A stretch of 64,000 nt of DNA from Eledone cirrhosa (lineage: Eukaryota), in contig OZ024743.1 in NCBI GenBank assembly GCA_964016885.1, forward strand, positions 198,152,001-198,216,000, given 5' to 3'. Below the pieces are notes generated by a model. That model was not told the DNA's origin. It saw nothing but the letters and a program-made list of their open reading frames with translations, and did not search any database. This document shows positions 26,869 to 42,350 of the stretch, in pieces. The position numbers and the translations under genes are program-made. Every line of letters starts with the position of its first letter. Within the stretch, counting starts at the first letter, position 1.

Positions 26869-27489
26869 AGAATGAAGAAAATACACAGGCAAGAAAAGAA
26901 AAGAAAATACGGCTACTATATGGAGTAGTTATGGCATTCAATTAGAACAATAACAAGAATTACAACATTGCTATCAATAAACTATTTAAGGAGACTCTGA
27001 TATTACTTAGGTGGGGGTATATAATGTATCTAATGTTACGGCGTGAAAACCAGCTGTCATAAGGCAAAAAGTATCGTAGTGTGTATCAATTTTAAATTAT
27101 AAAGATAAGCTAGTTTTTACAGTCTTTCTCTTCATCTTCAACAGTATACATGAGTGGGACCACTGTCAAAGCTCAATAGTTGTAGAGTTAATACACGGGT
27201 TAACGAATTAATATACGCATATATCTACGCACATACACATACACACACACATATATATATATAAATATATATACACACATATACACATGCATGTGTACAT
27301 AGACACATACATACACATCAATATACACTCGTACAAAAATATACATACATGCAAAGAGAAAAGCGTGCTAATTGTAATTATGGCAAAAAGAAGGTAAAGT
27401 AACATTGTAGTAGTGAAATGAGAAAAACTAGGATCTAGGATCAAATGATTGCAGCAGCTGAGAAGGAGTAAGATTGTTGGTAGACATAC

Positions 27490-29830
27490 CTGTACCTACA
27501 AAAAAGGACTATACACTGGGCATGATACGACGGACTAATGATTTCATCCGCAGGGTCTGATGGAAAGCTTACTATTTCGATAAGGGACCGAATACCAACG
27601 GAAGGGAATTTTTCAAGGAGAATTACGGGTTTAAATCCTGCAAAAACCCGCCAAACAACCCCGCACTCGATGCCTTCGAGCTGGACCTTATGAACATAAG
27701 TGAAACTAAATTTAAAAAAAGAACAAATCACAACAAATTGCAAAATGACTTAAATACATTACTTAAAAAACTAAAAGACACTAACGTAATCATAGTAAAA
27801 GCAGACAAAACATCAAACGTATACTCTATGGACATTAACACATACAATAACTTTATTCAGCGTGAACTACATAAAAAATATAAAAAAACAAATGAATCTA
27901 CACTCACCAGCATTAACATGGAGGGCCTCAAGATAGTTAATAAACTCGGAATTTCAGATAGGACCGAACCGCTTACCCCGTGCAACCCTACATTTAACCT
28001 GAAAGATCACAAAAATAACTTTGAAACTAATCCCACCATTAGATTAATATGCCCATCCAAGTCAGACATAGCTAAAATTAGCAAAAACATTCTAGATAGG
28101 GTAATCGCACAAATAAAGGGTAAACTAAAATCAATTTATGGGGCAACACTAACGAGGCAATTAAAAGGTTCAATAAAATACAAAATAGGGAGACGTGTAA
28201 CTTCATACAATTTGATATAGACGACTATTATGCATCCATATCCCCAGCTACCCTAGATAAGGCGCTTATATTTGCCCAAAATAACTCTGATCTTACCCAT
28301 GATGAAATTGAAATAATAATAGCGGCTAGAAGGACTATCGTAAAATTTGAAAATAACTACTGGGTAAGAAAGGATAGAATAAATAGCTTCGATATTAAAA
28401 TGGGATCAAATGATTCTGCGCAAATTACAGATATCGTGGGGCTATTCATAGCACACAACCTACATAAGGAATTCAGTAACCTCCAAGGAGGAATTTATAG
28501 GGACGACACGTTACTTATAGCTAGGAACCTAAACAACCAGAGCATGGAAAGACTAAGGAAAAATATTAGAATATTCTTCAAAAAACTAAGCCTAAGTATT
28601 AACTACGAACTAAACCATAAGAAGGTAAATTTTCTAGATGTAACTCTAAATCTAAATACTGGATTAATAGAACCTTTCCACAAAAATAATGAAAATCTTG
28701 CCTACATTAGTTACAACTCAAACCACCCCAAATCCATAATCAGATCCATAGCACGTAGTATATCCCTCCGAATATCCCGCTTATCCTCAAACCTAGAAAT
28801 CTTTAACGAGCATGCTGACTATTATAATGCAGCATTAAGTAGGGCCGGTCATAAAGATAAACTACAGTATATAGTGAATAAGGACAACATAAACAATCCT
28901 AGTAATTTCTACTCCAACCGCTCACATAATAATAGGAATAGCTTGACTAGACATAGGGTTAGACATGTAACACCTAGAGTAAACGGCCAAAACACTAATA
29001 ACGTAAACCCTAGAAACAATAGAAGAAACAGAAAAAGAAAATACCTATGGTTCAACCCAATATTCAACTCCTCTATAAAAACTAGACTGCCCTCTACATT
29101 CTTTAAACTAATAGATAAACACTTCCCTATCTCGCATAGATATCACAAAATACTCAATAGATCTACTATAAAACTCTCTTTCTCAACAGCAGCTAACATA
29201 GAATCACACATACGCAAGATCAACCACAGAAGTATCTCAAGTAAACCAATTGCACCTATACATAAGCACAAACTCATCACAGCATCACAACCACAAGCGC
29301 ATACAAACGCGCAGCAGCAAAACCCCATTGGGCATATATCACAACCCACTTATAACAGGGTACTAAATAGGAATGTAAAAGCTGCACAAAATAGCGCCTC
29401 AAACTGCAACTGTCACCTCCCAGATAGGTGCCTATTGGCGAGCAGATGTCTCGATTCGAGCCTGGTGTACATGTGCACTGTCATCTCGGGTAACTCCACC
29501 TGGAATTACATAGGATCCACCGCGGGTTCTTTTAAGAAAAGATGGTATGTGCACAGGCACTCAATGAAAAACCGTGCACTTATGGGTTCCACCACCCTCG
29601 CCAGAAAAATATGGGAATTGAAGGACAGCAACACTAACTACACTATCAACTGGTCGAAGTTGTCGGCTGCTAAAACCTATAGTACAGGGATGTCCTATTG
29701 CGGGCTGTGTGATCTTGAGCTATTGTATATCCTTAGAAATGTTAAAAGGCTACTTAATAATAAGTTAGAAAGATCTATCTTCTGCAGACATAGAATAGCC
29801 ACTAAATTCATAAGATTCAAACCTCCGTGA
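27490..29830 (+). pseudogene. PLE polyprotein (RT + GIY-YIG), near full length, frameshifted at ~27690 and ~28140
   Basis: IPVP..Y...R.WKA N-terminus, KADKT, LKDHK..F..NP..RLI.P, QFDI, MGSND, YRDD, FLDV, WFNP, CNC..C...C, LVY..YIGST...FKKR..H. Confidence 0.88.
28400..29830 (+). CDS. PLE RT palm/thumb + GIY-YIG endonuclease (open C-terminal portion)
   Basis: 476-aa ORF with YRDD and LVY/YIG motifs. Confidence 0.75.
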   Translation: MGSNDSAQITDIVGLFIAHNLHKEFSNLQGGIYRDDTLLIARNLNNQSMERLRKNIRIFFKKLSLSINYELNHKKVNFLDVTLNLNTGLIEPFHKNNENLAYISYNSNHPKSIIRSIARSISLRISRLSSNLEIFNEHADYYNAALSRAGHKDKLQYIVNKDNINNPSNFYSNRSHNNRNSLTRHRVRHVTPRVNGQNTNNVNPRNNRRNRKRKYLWFNPIFNSSIKTRLPSTFFKLIDKHFPISHRYHKILNRSTIKLSFSTAANIESHIRKINHRSISSKPIAPIHKHKLITASQPQAHTNAQQQNPIGHISQPTYNRVLNRNVKAAQNSASNCNCHLPDRCLLASRCLDSSLVYMCTVISGNSTWNYIGSTAGSFKKRWYVHRHSMKNRALMGSTTLARKIWELKDSNTNYTINWSKLSAAKTYSTGMSYCGLCDLELLYILRNVKRLLNNKLERSIFCRHRIATKFIRFKPP

Positions 29831-30547
29831 ATCGAACCAACATAACATAGCTTTAAATTAGGATACCTACTACCCACAGAAATATATTCATTAAGTATAC
29901 TATTTCCTTCACAAGTCTATACCATACAATTGTCTGTAAGTACCTCATCTACCAACAATCTTACTCCTTCTCAGCTGCTGCAATCATTTGATCCTAGATC
30001 CTAGTTTTTCTCATTTCACTACTACAATGTTACTTTACCTTCTTTTTGCCATAATTAGAATTAGCACGCTTTTCTCTTTGCATGTATGTATATTTTTGTA
30101 CGAGTGTATATTGATGTGTATGTATGTGTCTATGTACACATGCATGTGTATATGTGTGTATATATATTTATATATATATATATGTGTGTGTGTATGTGCG
30201 TAGATATATGCGTATATTAATTCGTTAACCTCTGTATTAACTCTACAACTATTGAGCTTTGACAGTGGTCCCACTCATGTATACTGTTGAAGATGAAGAG
30301 AAAGACTGTAAAAACTAGCTTATCTTTATAATTTAAAATTGATACACACTACGATACTTTTTGCCTTATGACAGCTGGTTTTCACGCCGTAACATTAGAT
30401 ACATTATATACCCCACCTAAGTAATGTCAGAGTCTCCTTAAATAGTTTATTGATAGCATTGTTGTAATTCTTGTTATTGTTCTAATTGAATGCCATAACT
30501 ACTCCGTATTTTCTTTTCTTTTCTTGCCTGTGTATTTTCTTCATTCT

Positions 30548-30664
30548 CGTATGCTCCGAAGATCTGACTGGTTATAATTCTGTATTGGCGATCGAGTAAC
30601 GCAAAATTAAGCGGATAGCGATCTCTAGACATACCAGTTCAGTGAATCAAATGTAAGCTATGTG
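30548..30664 (+). ncRNA. hammerhead variant in 3' pseudo-LTR (GAAA mutated to GAAT)
   Basis: Copy of 26752-26868 with gaatc instead of gaaac. Confidence 0.5.
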
Positions 30665-30939
30665 ATTAAAAACTTTTTTGTATAGCAAACCATGTAAACC
30701 TTCTTTCCTGATTTATTATTACTCCAAGTGTTTACAACATAGGAATTGCAGCATACCCGCAACATCACTATGAAAACGCCTTGTTGAGTCAAACCAAGCC
30801 AAGCGTTAATATCATCCACTACCTGGAATACCATAACTGGACTTCACCTAAGTGGACTGCATTTAACTATTATCTGTTAATCCGTATATATATATATACG
30901 ATATTAAGTAAATGGAAACTATATTTATAAAACCATATC

Positions 30940-31005
30940 TATTTCATTATATATATTTCAGGGATATCATATTAAAAATATGTTATGCCTTCTTCAGACA
31001 AAATA
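30940..31005 (-). ncRNA. hammerhead ribozyme (mirror arm)
   Basis: Reverse complement of 31143-31208. Confidence 0.7.
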
Positions 31006-31142
31006 CAATATAAACAGTCTTATAAATAGATAGATTCGACATACCTTTCAACTTCATCTTCCATTTAAAAAGTTGATTTTTAAATGGAAGATGAAGTTGA
31101 AAGGTATGTCGAATCTATCTATTTATAAGACTGTTTATATTG

Positions 31143-31208
31143 TATTTTGTCTGAAGAAGGCATAACATATTTTTAATATGATATCCCTGAAATATATATA
31201 ATGAAATA
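31143..31208 (+). ncRNA. type I hammerhead ribozyme
   Basis: tattttgt-CTGAAGA-agg...cct-GAAA-T atat A-TA-atgaaata; 8-bp stem I with two G.U pairs. Confidence 0.7.
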
Positions 31209-31334
31209 GATATGGTTTTATAAATATAGTTTCCATTTACTTAATATCGTAAATATACTCCAAATACTAGTTGAGTGCTTTTATATCAGTTATAAATATT
31301 TACTCGTTGTAACCCAACAATTTAAATAAAACTT

Positions 31335-31396
<62 letters not shown>

Positions 31397-31509
31397 ATCA
31401 TACACGCCCACACGATTGGTTTCACACTCCTTTCTCCGATTCTCTTACAATTTCTTATTCTATCTTCCATTTTCTTACTTTCTTCCTGTAAAATGTTCAC
31501 CCTTTCTCC

Positions 31510-31559
<50 letters not shown>

Positions 31560-32136
31560 CTCTCTCTAACACACACAGTCTTTTTTTCTCTGTCGCTATT
31601 TCTTTCCCTTGGGCTCAATTTTTATTTTTTGCTTTCACCATTCCTAAATCCCTTACCTCCTGGTTTTTTACTATTTTATATTTCTTCTCATCCTTTTCTC
31701 TCTGCTTCACATTCTAATGTATATATATCCCTCTATATTAGTTTCTGGCTCTCACTCTCTCCTTCTAACTATCTTAACATTATCTGTCCTATGTGCCCTT
31801 ACTCTGAAAGGGGTGCTCTGAAAGTTGCTGAAAGGGGTGCTCTGAAAACAGTAGCAGCCGTGTTCTTTACATATGCAGTTCGTAGTTGTCATTGCTGCTG
31901 AACTTGCTGCTCTCAATTGTTCTCTTTTCACCTGCTTTTCCTTCTACTTTTCCTCTTATTCTGTGCAGAAAACCTCCAAGCTGGTTTTTACTGATCCCTC
32001 TACTCTGGACCACCAGTCTGATTGACACCGTTTTTGTTCTCTATATATTGTAGATCAGAATTCTCCGATAACAAGATGTGTATACCTGGAATCTTCATTT
32101 TTTTTCTTTCTAAATTTAGTTCTGTACCTTTGTTGG

Positions 32137-32288
32137 GTTGGATGCCATGCTTTCTAGCATAGTTACATCCCTTTACGGTCTGAGTTCAAATCCCGTCGAG
32201 GTTAACTTTGCCTTTCATCATTACGGGGCCGATACAATAAAGTACCAGTAATTGCTGGTCTTGTGCCAAAAGTAGAAACAATTATTAT
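32137..32288 (+). mobile_element. tRNA-derived SINE, 5'-eroded copy
   Basis: GAGTTCAAATCCCG...GCCTTTCATC...AAAGTACCAGT...AGAAACAATTATT. Confidence 0.75.
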
Positions 32289-32744
32289 TTCGTGTCTATT
32301 GAGTCTAATATAACAACGCACATGGTGTTTAATCTTCCTGCTGCATCTAAATCAGATGTATTGCAATCCTATTAAATACTGAAGACGGTTATTTAAAAAA
32401 AAAAAAAATAATAAATAAATAAATAAATAAACGAAAAATTTGTAAACAGTTTAAAATTATTTAAATACAAACTTTTCGTTCATCATCGGCTCTGAGGCTG
32501 ATAGCACTGTGGAGAGGCGGCGACTTGATTTGCTTTCATTCTGATTGTTCTCTGAACAGATATCGATGATGCTCTGGAAACAGTGACCTTTGTTTTCAGG
32601 TTTCGTAATGAGGTGCGTTTGCAAACAATTTGAAAATCTTCCGTTAAATAAAAAAAGAATTTTATTTTCACTTTCGTGGTATTCTGTTAGAAAAATCTGT
32701 TTATCCAACATACAACAACAACAGTAGTATAATAGTGTTTGATT

Positions 32745-32880
32745 TAGGCACAAGGCCAACAGATTTATGAGAAGGGAAAGTCCATTAAATCGACCACACT
32801 GCGTTATTGGTGCTTTATTTTATCGACCTTGTAAGGATGAAAGACAAAGATAGCCTTAGTTGGATTTGAATTCAGAACAT
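32745..32880 (-). mobile_element. diverged SINE copy, same family
   Basis: Reverse complement reads GAATTCAAATCC...TCTTTCATCCTT...GGTCGATAAAATAAAGCACC. Confidence 0.6.
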
Positions 32881-33289
32881 AAAGGAAAGTAACCCTATGC
32901 TGCGAAGCATAATGATAATTCATTCTAAAATTGGTACATAGGCAGCAATTACTACTAAGTGTATGGCCTCAGCTGTCATTCCCGAAATATAACTGCATCC
33001 TGAAAGGAAGCCCATTCACTAGAGCCATACTCATTCTTCGCATCCATCTTTCAGGAAATTTACTGTAGGATACCTCATACCTTTTTATCATCCTCTTTCC
33101 CTCATTGAACAATTTAAAACGGTTGGAATGAGTTTGCCGAAGCGGAAAGAAAAGAAACAAAGCACCCATAGGACTCACAATTCAGGTTTAGCTGGCTTTC
33201 TAGGAACCTACATCTTATAACAGGTATCTTGGGTGAATCAATGATAGGGTCACCAGTCATATCATGAAAAGCAATGTGAACGCAACCCG

Positions 33290-33366
33290 ATGTCCCACCC
33301 AAGAATCGAACCTAAGACATCATGATCGTAGGGCTAACATCATAATCACTAGGTCAAGCGGCTTCA
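33290..33366 (-). mobile_element. degenerate tRNA-like SINE head
   Basis: TGACCTAGTGAT (A-box-like) and AGGTTCGATTCT (B-box-like) on the minus strand. Confidence 0.4.
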
Positions 33367-34333
33367 TCGACATGGAAAGTGTCTGAGGTTTATGACATCA
33401 CTCATATCCATCGCGTCACCCACATAACACCATTTTGCAATATCCAATAATAATGCACATGGCCGATGATACATAAAAAAAAACAACACACAACTTAAAA
33501 CGGAAATCACTGGTCATTTAAGGTGATATCCTAATATCCAAGTTGTTTACTGAAGCTGAAAGGTGTATTTGTAATGAAACACAGAATATATAGGCATTTT
33601 TAGCACTTCCTGTTTCTTCAGAATCACAGATTTAAGGATGAATTTAAGCAAGTATATTTGAGCAGATTTGCGAAAGGATGTCACTAAATACTAGTTAAGG
33701 TGAAAAAAGAAAATATAAAACAACGTGATGGTTAGTAGAGCCGAGAAAGGAAGTATTAATTTCTATGACAGTTGCTCATACTGTACGCCATAACAGTAAA
33801 ATGATGACAGCTACAGACTTAGTGATGGGGTCGGGTAACTGTATTGAGAAATGAAATAGACAGCTACAATGATACACACAGAAAAACCCACCAAACTATT
33901 TTTACATACATACATACATACATAAATTAATACATACATATATAAATTAATGCATACATATATAAATTAATACATACATACACATATGGTGGCTGCCAAC
34001 TCGTTTTCGAGTACGGCCACTACTTTATATCCATGTAGGAGAACCACTAACGATGCGCTGAACGAGTGTGACATTTTAGTCCAGCCAGCGACTTGAAAAC
34101 TCTGGTACAAACACTACACTTGTGACAATTATTGACATACATATATATGTACATATATACGTACATATATACATGCATAAATACATACATATATATATAT
34201 ATATATTTATATATATATGGATAAATGTGTGGCTATGCATATATACAATTTCTATTGCGTATGAGTAAGTACTCGTGACAACATCTAGAAAGAACTACAT
34301 ACGTATAAACATATACACATACATGTTTGTATG

Positions 34334-34369
<36 letters not shown>

Positions 34370-34397
34370 AGTGTGTGAGTGTGTGTGTGTGTGTGTA

Positions 34398-34476
<79 letters not shown>

Positions 34477-34574
34477 TTATACGTGTGTGTGTGTGCATAA
34501 GAGAATGTGTAAATGTATATAAAGTGGTGTCTGTGTAAATAAACATATAAGCAGATATATATATATATATATTC

Positions 34575-34793
34575 TAGTCGATCGACTTTCGTCAAATCGG
34601 ACCGAGGAAACTATGTTTCCGTTGGTCTTTCCAATTGCTAATACTATCTATCGGTCGCAACTCCAGGTAGAAGGAGCAACGTGAAATAAAGTGTCTTGCC
34701 CAAGGACATAACGCATCGCCTGGTTCAGGAATCGAACTCACAACCTCACGATTGTGAATCCAATACTCTAACCACTCAGCCACACGCCTTCAC
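34575..34793 (-). mobile_element. tRNA-derived CORE-like SINE
   Basis: TGGCTGAGTGG A-box, GAGTTCGATTCC B-box, then TGTCCTTGGGCAAGACACTT (CORE-like). Confidence 0.75.
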
Positions 34794-34799
34794 TATATG

Positions 34800-35177
<378 letters not shown>

Positions 35178-35859
35178 CATATAGATAAATAGATAGATGT
35201 GTAAATTGTATTTACACAAATAATTATATAATTTATCGAATGGCTCTCACATGTATATAACACGGGTCCAATGCAAGGACTGCAATCCATACACTTACGC
35301 ACATTTACACGTTTATCAAACGATAAAAACATCAAATTTACACATCATAGAAACAAAAGTAAATGCGATAAAGAGTGAGAAAACTTACATAGTTGTTTGA
35401 CACAACTGATGAAAAGACTGGTAAATAATGGCTCCAATGAGGTGGTGTGGCGTAAAACAGAAAGTATTTTCCTCTATAAATGAACAGATATAGTGATCTA
35501 GAATAGGAAAAATTGCTGTAATTTAGATGTTCTGATGCAACGAAAATGACCAGTCATATGCACGGAAGTCAGAGAAGCTGTGTAAATTATCAGGCGTGTC
35601 GTCTCTGAATTGAAGTGAATGTCTTTAGGCTTTTGTTAACGGCCATTCTACTCTGCAAGAATACTTGCTTCTCTCCGCCTTAAACTAATATCCGTAATAC
35701 TGAGAACACTGATCCAGAATAATTATAATTGAGGCTCTTTCCTGTTTGGAAGACAACTGACAGATTTCTTCTTCTTCATCTCCTTGTTCTTGCTTAAGAA
35801 CAGCGACCTAACTATATAATGATGGTGCTTTACGGTTAACAACGCCATTATTATCCCCA

Positions 35860-35861
35860 TT

Positions 35862-35939
<78 letters not shown>

Positions 35940-36073
35940 TTCTTCTTCTTCTTCTTCTTCTTCTTCTTCTTCTTCTTCTTCTTCTTCTTCTTCGTTTTCG
36001 TCTTCGTCACCATTGTTAACATATCATCCTCCTCTTCTACCATCACCACCATCATCTCCACCACCTCCTCACT

Positions 36074-36105
<32 letters not shown>

Positions 36106-36110
36106 AATCA
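35860..36110. repeat. (ATC)n/(TTC)n trinucleotide microsatellite
   Basis: Direct reading. Confidence 0.9.
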
Positions 36111-36489
36111 TTGTAACTAACTTTCTCAATTCACAACATAGTCATTATCCTAATCATCACCAATAACTTCACAACTAACAGCAACTATACTAAACCACAG
36201 AAGGTGAGAAAGTCGCCTGTGAATAGATTTATACATTTACATTTTGGAGAGTTAATTTGTCTAAGCTTCAAATCTACATCGGATCAGTTTAACATTCAAG
36301 ATATTCAAGCTCGTGTTTTAATCGAGATGACCAAATTGCCCCAACAACTCTAGAACGTAAATTTACCGACGGAACTAAGCCTAAAACTTAAAGCAATGAT
36401 TTTCTTTGCTTATCAACAAATCTGCATTATAGCTGATCTGTATATTAAACTGCATCAACTCGAAATAATGAATATTCATCTTAATAGGT

Positions 36490-36537
36490 TGACGAGTCTT
36501 ATCATGACGAGTCTTATCATGACGAGTCTTATCATGA
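36490..36537 (+). repeat. 3x 15-bp tandem repeat TGACGAGTCTTATCA
   Basis: Direct reading. Confidence 0.85.
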
Positions 36538-36850
36538 ACAAAATTAAGACATTCGATGTTTTTCTTGTTGCCGTTGCACGAGAATGATTGTCTTTTCGAT
36601 AACAAAACCATTTACTTGAACACCAGATTTTTGCTCTATTCTATAATGACTACTTTTCTTCCCAAAATCTCATTTGTTGTCCGAAGAATCTTCGGAACCC
36701 GCGAATGCGGCAATATTATGTGATATAGGAGAAGGTGAATAGAAAACAAAAGTAATTAGAATATATATTGCATTGTAACCACAGAACAAAGTAGTTTGAG
36801 AAAAAAAAATTTGATATAGTATTTGAGGAAGCTGCCATTAAGCATTATCT

Positions 36851-37041
36851 GCGGTGGATTGGCAGTATCGGTAGAGGGTCGGACGCCATGCTTTGCAGCA
36901 TAGAGTTACGGCCCTTTATGGTCTGAGTTCAAATCCCGCCAAGGTTAACTTTGCCTTTCATCCTTACGGGGTCGATAAAATAAAGTACCAGTAATGCACT
37001 GAGATAATTGCTGGCCTTGTGCCAAAAGTAGAAATAATTAT
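36851..37041 (+). mobile_element. tRNA-derived SINE with 8-bp TSD
   Basis: Same family as 7831; ATTATCTG at 36844-36851 and 37037-37044. Confidence 0.85.
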
Positions 37042-37615
37042 CTGAGTAAAATGAATACTCGATGTAACAAATGAATTTCTATCAGAATTCTTATCAGCTT
37101 ACTGAACTGGTGAGTAATACCGCTTTCCTAAAATGTGTTACCTTCAAGTTTCTTTTTAAATAAGATTATGACAAATAATATGAAAATAATTAGGTTTCTT
37201 CGAGGGTGTTAAAATTACTTTCCGATTAAAGACGTAAATCACCTCAAACAAACCTAACCAGATAGAATTTTCTAAATTATATATTCTGACTTTTTAGCGC
37301 ACAGTTCAATATTTAACTGTTTAGATAACATCAAGAACGATAGAATTATGCAGATTAGTATGTTCATTTCAGTGATATAAACAAAGCTATGCAATAGAGA
37401 ATATAAGCACACCAGTTACTTGTTTTCTTGGATATTTGTTTAGGTGATATATTTACCTACTGATGTGAAACCAGAAAGGTTCGAAAATTTATTCAAGATA
37501 TTTGTCATCATATCAATCTACCGTGACATGGGATAATTTGGTAGGATTTACATGTTTAAATGCGCTATGTCTAGATTTCTATAGACATTCTAGTAGTCAT
37601 GGTTAACTCTGTACT

Positions 37616-37728
<113 letters not shown>

Positions 37729-37730
37729 GT

Positions 37731-38148
37731 TAAAAGAATAGAGGTGTAACACACAAGTTATTATATGTTGGTAAACGGAATACAAAATGCTGACAAATTG
37801 TTCACAGTTGGAAAATGGTTTAATTAGGAATAAAAGAGTATTAGTGATTGTATGGGTTAGTATTCAGTAGTGGTTTTAAGTTTTTAAGTTTTTACCGGTT
37901 GCGCATTTCTAAATGCTTTTCAAAAATAATTTTGAGATAGAGTGTCCGTGCTGTTTGCTGAGCAAACAGCACGGACACTCTATCTCAAAATTATTTTTGA
38001 AAAGCATTTAGAAATGCGCAACCGGTAAAAACTTAAAAACTTAAAACCACTACTGAATACTAACCCATACAATCACTAATACTCTTTTATTCCTAATTAA
38101 ACCATTTTTCAACTGTGAACAATTTGTCAGCATTTTCTATTCCGTTTA

Positions 38149-38158
<10 letters not shown>
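37731..38158. mobile_element. ORF-less fold-back element (family A, copy 2)
   Basis: ~198-bp near-perfect arms around a 1-nt centre (37960); same tail TAAAAGAATAGAGGTGTAAC as at 20581; (TA)n flanks. Confidence 0.8.
37994..38031 (+). ncRNA. hammerhead-like motif with altered core (UUGAAAA...GCAA); mirror copy on the other arm
   Basis: Same as 20834-20870. Confidence 0.4.
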
Positions 38159-38208
<50 letters not shown>

Positions 38209-39979
38209 TGGTAAAAAACTCGGAGGGTATATCCGTAATTAAGTAGAACACTCAGTCCAGAGGACGAGTATGGTATAGAGTAAGTGTGGAACTCTCTCTC
38301 TCTCGCTCTCTTCCTCTCTGCCCATCTCTCTCCCTCTCCCTCGCTTCCCCTCTCTCTCCTTCTCTCTTTCTCTTTCTCTCCCCCTCTCTCTCTCTCACTT
38401 CATATGTATATATATATTGAGTCTCTACTCTTCACGCATGTAACTAGAAAAGGCAACAAAATCTCCTTCAAATCATATTCTAATGTTTTAAAGAAGAAGG
38501 ACACATTAGATGATATATAGTTACAAATACACGTAAAATTTCGAATGGTTACAACTGGAACGATTCTGATAATTAGTTAGCTCAATTAGATTTGGCTCAG
38601 GGTTGAGCAATTTTTGAAGTTTTTTTTGATTCGAAGATTTTTTTCCCCGCTATATTTAAATAAAAAAATTTTTTTTGTGAAGTGTATTTCCATTTCGAAG
38701 TTTTTGCCTATAAATGTAATGGATGCTTTACAGAAGATATAACCCAGCTTTTTGCAAGGATTAGTTTAGCCGATTAAATTAATACTAGTATATTTACAAT
38801 ACATTTCTTATCAACAACTGAAATGGCTGAAAGAAAACATAGCTAAGAGTATGAAATTAAACACTATAAAGCATTTATTCTGATTCACTATTGTTTCTGC
38901 TAACTTATTCTCTAAAAAAGAAAACTATTAAATTGATTCGTCATGATATTTCAACGGTATTATTGTTGTTATTCTTCTGACAAAGAGCAATTCTTGAAGA
39001 AAATCTTCATGGATGAAATTCCTTAATAAAGACATTTAGAATAAAATGCTATTTAAAAAAAATCCTATTATGTCTTTGCATAACTTAAGAACTGAAGCCA
39101 GACAGACAAAAATGTCATTCAGCTCAATGCTTTTTAAAAAGATATTTGTGACTCTTTATTCGATATCTACCACGAAATTGTTAAATACCATAATGCTTTC
39201 CCCGCAAGCAAACCATTTTATCGCACATTGGTAGGAGAGCACGCCTTGTAATCATGTTCTATTCCAATACAACCAGAGATTTGCAACGACGCATTCAACT
39301 TTTCTATATCGAAATGTAAACCACTTCCAGCATACTTGAACTTTTGTTAAACTCACTATCCTTCATCATGAGAACTGCAAAAGATTCAAATACCTTGGCA
39401 TGTCTTTTTTTTAAACAATCTTTAAACCTGTAAAATATTCGGATTTTTTTTTATTTCACAGACAATTAATCGTGAATGGCTTTTTTTATTTCAGTGAAGC
39501 TGTGTGGATGTCAACGACGTTTCGACTTTATAGAATTTTGTGCCTTCTTGCCGTGCTTTTTCGTGTCATTCAATAAATAATGACCATAAAAAGTATCCGT
39601 GAATGAGGAAATGGGATTGAGTTCTTATTGTTATAAAAGAGAAAAAAGAAGAATGTTTCATGAATACAAAACAAAAAAGTAGTCCAGTGATACATCTAAA
39701 AGCTGTAAAGAAAAGAGGAAAAAAAAGACGTATTTCAAGTAATAAAAAATAACAATAAAACATTAGTGGCTGAAAAGGGCATTAAACTACGAATACAGCA
39801 ATAATAAAAATGCTACAAAAACTAAAATGAAACAAACATTTCAAAGAATAAGTTTGAAAATTTTCACTGAATATTCTTCGATATTGGTTGCGATGAGGCA
39901 GATTGGAACCATTGATACATGACCAATGGCTGGCGCGGTTAGAGCATGGGTGCAGGAATGTGTATACTTCTTTGTCTAT

Positions 39980-41222
<1,243 letters not shown>

Positions 41223-42014
41223 TAGTGTTGATGAGCCAACGAGTGAGTGCATGTATATGTTGGTGAATATCTCGTTGAAATAAAATACAAATAAATCCGT
41301 TTAGATATAAACTAAAGCGATATATTTGCATAATATTACTTCAATACTTTCAAAGCTTTTAATACGATATAAATATTCGTATAAAGTCTTATAAGTAGGG
41401 GTTGATGGGTTAATGATATATACATTCAACAGTCATTTCGCAATAACATGTTTAGAATGATCTATTACTGCATACATACATCCAATATGCATATTGGAAA
41501 AGATGTCAAAGGTTATTTTTTAAAAACTTCACTGTCATAAATTCATCTACGAATTTCATTTAACTTTTTCGTCATGGTATAGGATATTATTTCTTAACAG
41601 TCTCTTCTGTTTTAGCTTTTTTCTAATTCCTTTTATATTAGGTACGTACAAACGCTAACACTTATCGGAGCACCAATGTTTTCGAATTGTGGGGAAATAA
41701 TCATACAATATATTGGACAGTACTTCTGGTCGGTATCCATAATTTCTTCATCCTTTGATGTATCCAAATCTCAAAATAAGATCATGTTCTTCAGTAATTA
41801 CCTCATCGTTAACTCGAGAACGAGAAGCAACAATCGGTTTTGATTAATAAATATTAAACCTATACTAGATATCCACAGTTCAAATGTCCAACTCCTTTCA
41901 TATTAAGTATTTGTTTAATCTCTGGTTAGATTGAGTAGACATATGTCGTTTTAACCATAACCATTTTGTATTTTTTCCAGATATAGCGCGGGTCCAGTCA
42001 CTTCAAAAACGGTA

Positions 42015-42350
42015 GGGGGTCGATAAAATAAAGTACCAGTAATGCACTGGGGCAGATTCAATCGACTTTCCTCTCCCACCAAAATTGTTGACTTTGTGCC
42101 TAAATCAGAAACCATTATTATTGTTATTAAAATGGTGATTTGTGATAGGGTATTGTATTGGCAGTTTGGTAGACCGTCGGACCAAAATTTTGTGCGATAT
42201 TTAGTTCGAAATTCTTCTACGTTCTCAATTTAAATCCCACCGAAGTCTACTTTGCCTTCATCTTTTCGAAATCAAAACACTGAGGTCCATACAATAGACT
42301 TTCCTCTTCTATCCAGTTTGCTGGCCTTGCACAAGTGTTAGACAAATTAT
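42015..42350 (+). mobile_element. two partial/diverged SINE copies in tandem
   Basis: GGGGTCGATAAAATAAAGTACCAGTAATGCACTGGG; second head ATTGGCAG..GGTAGA and TTTGCCTTCATC. Confidence 0.6.

Larger units (their letters stand above)
26700..30885 (+). mobile_element. Penelope-like element (C-terminal GIY-YIG; Hydra-clade-like by inference) with ~780-bp inverted pseudo-LTRs
   Basis: 26700-27484 is the reverse complement of 29948-30716; internal RT + GIY-YIG; ~170-bp 3' tail; (TA)n flanks. Confidence 0.9.
30897..31251. mobile_element. ORF-less fold-back, 175-bp arms with 5-nt loop (31072-31076), one HHR per arm
   Basis: Arms are reverse complements; (TA)n on the left, ~80-bp tail then (TA)n on the right. 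Confidence 0.8.

Noticed and set aside
32457-32759. Minus-strand open stretch with possible splice signals (host exon?)
   Set aside because: No recognisable domain or partner exons; needs RNA-seq or homology.
34720-34793. Genuine tRNA gene
   Set aside because: Acceptor stem does not pair and the sequence continues into a CORE-like SINE body.
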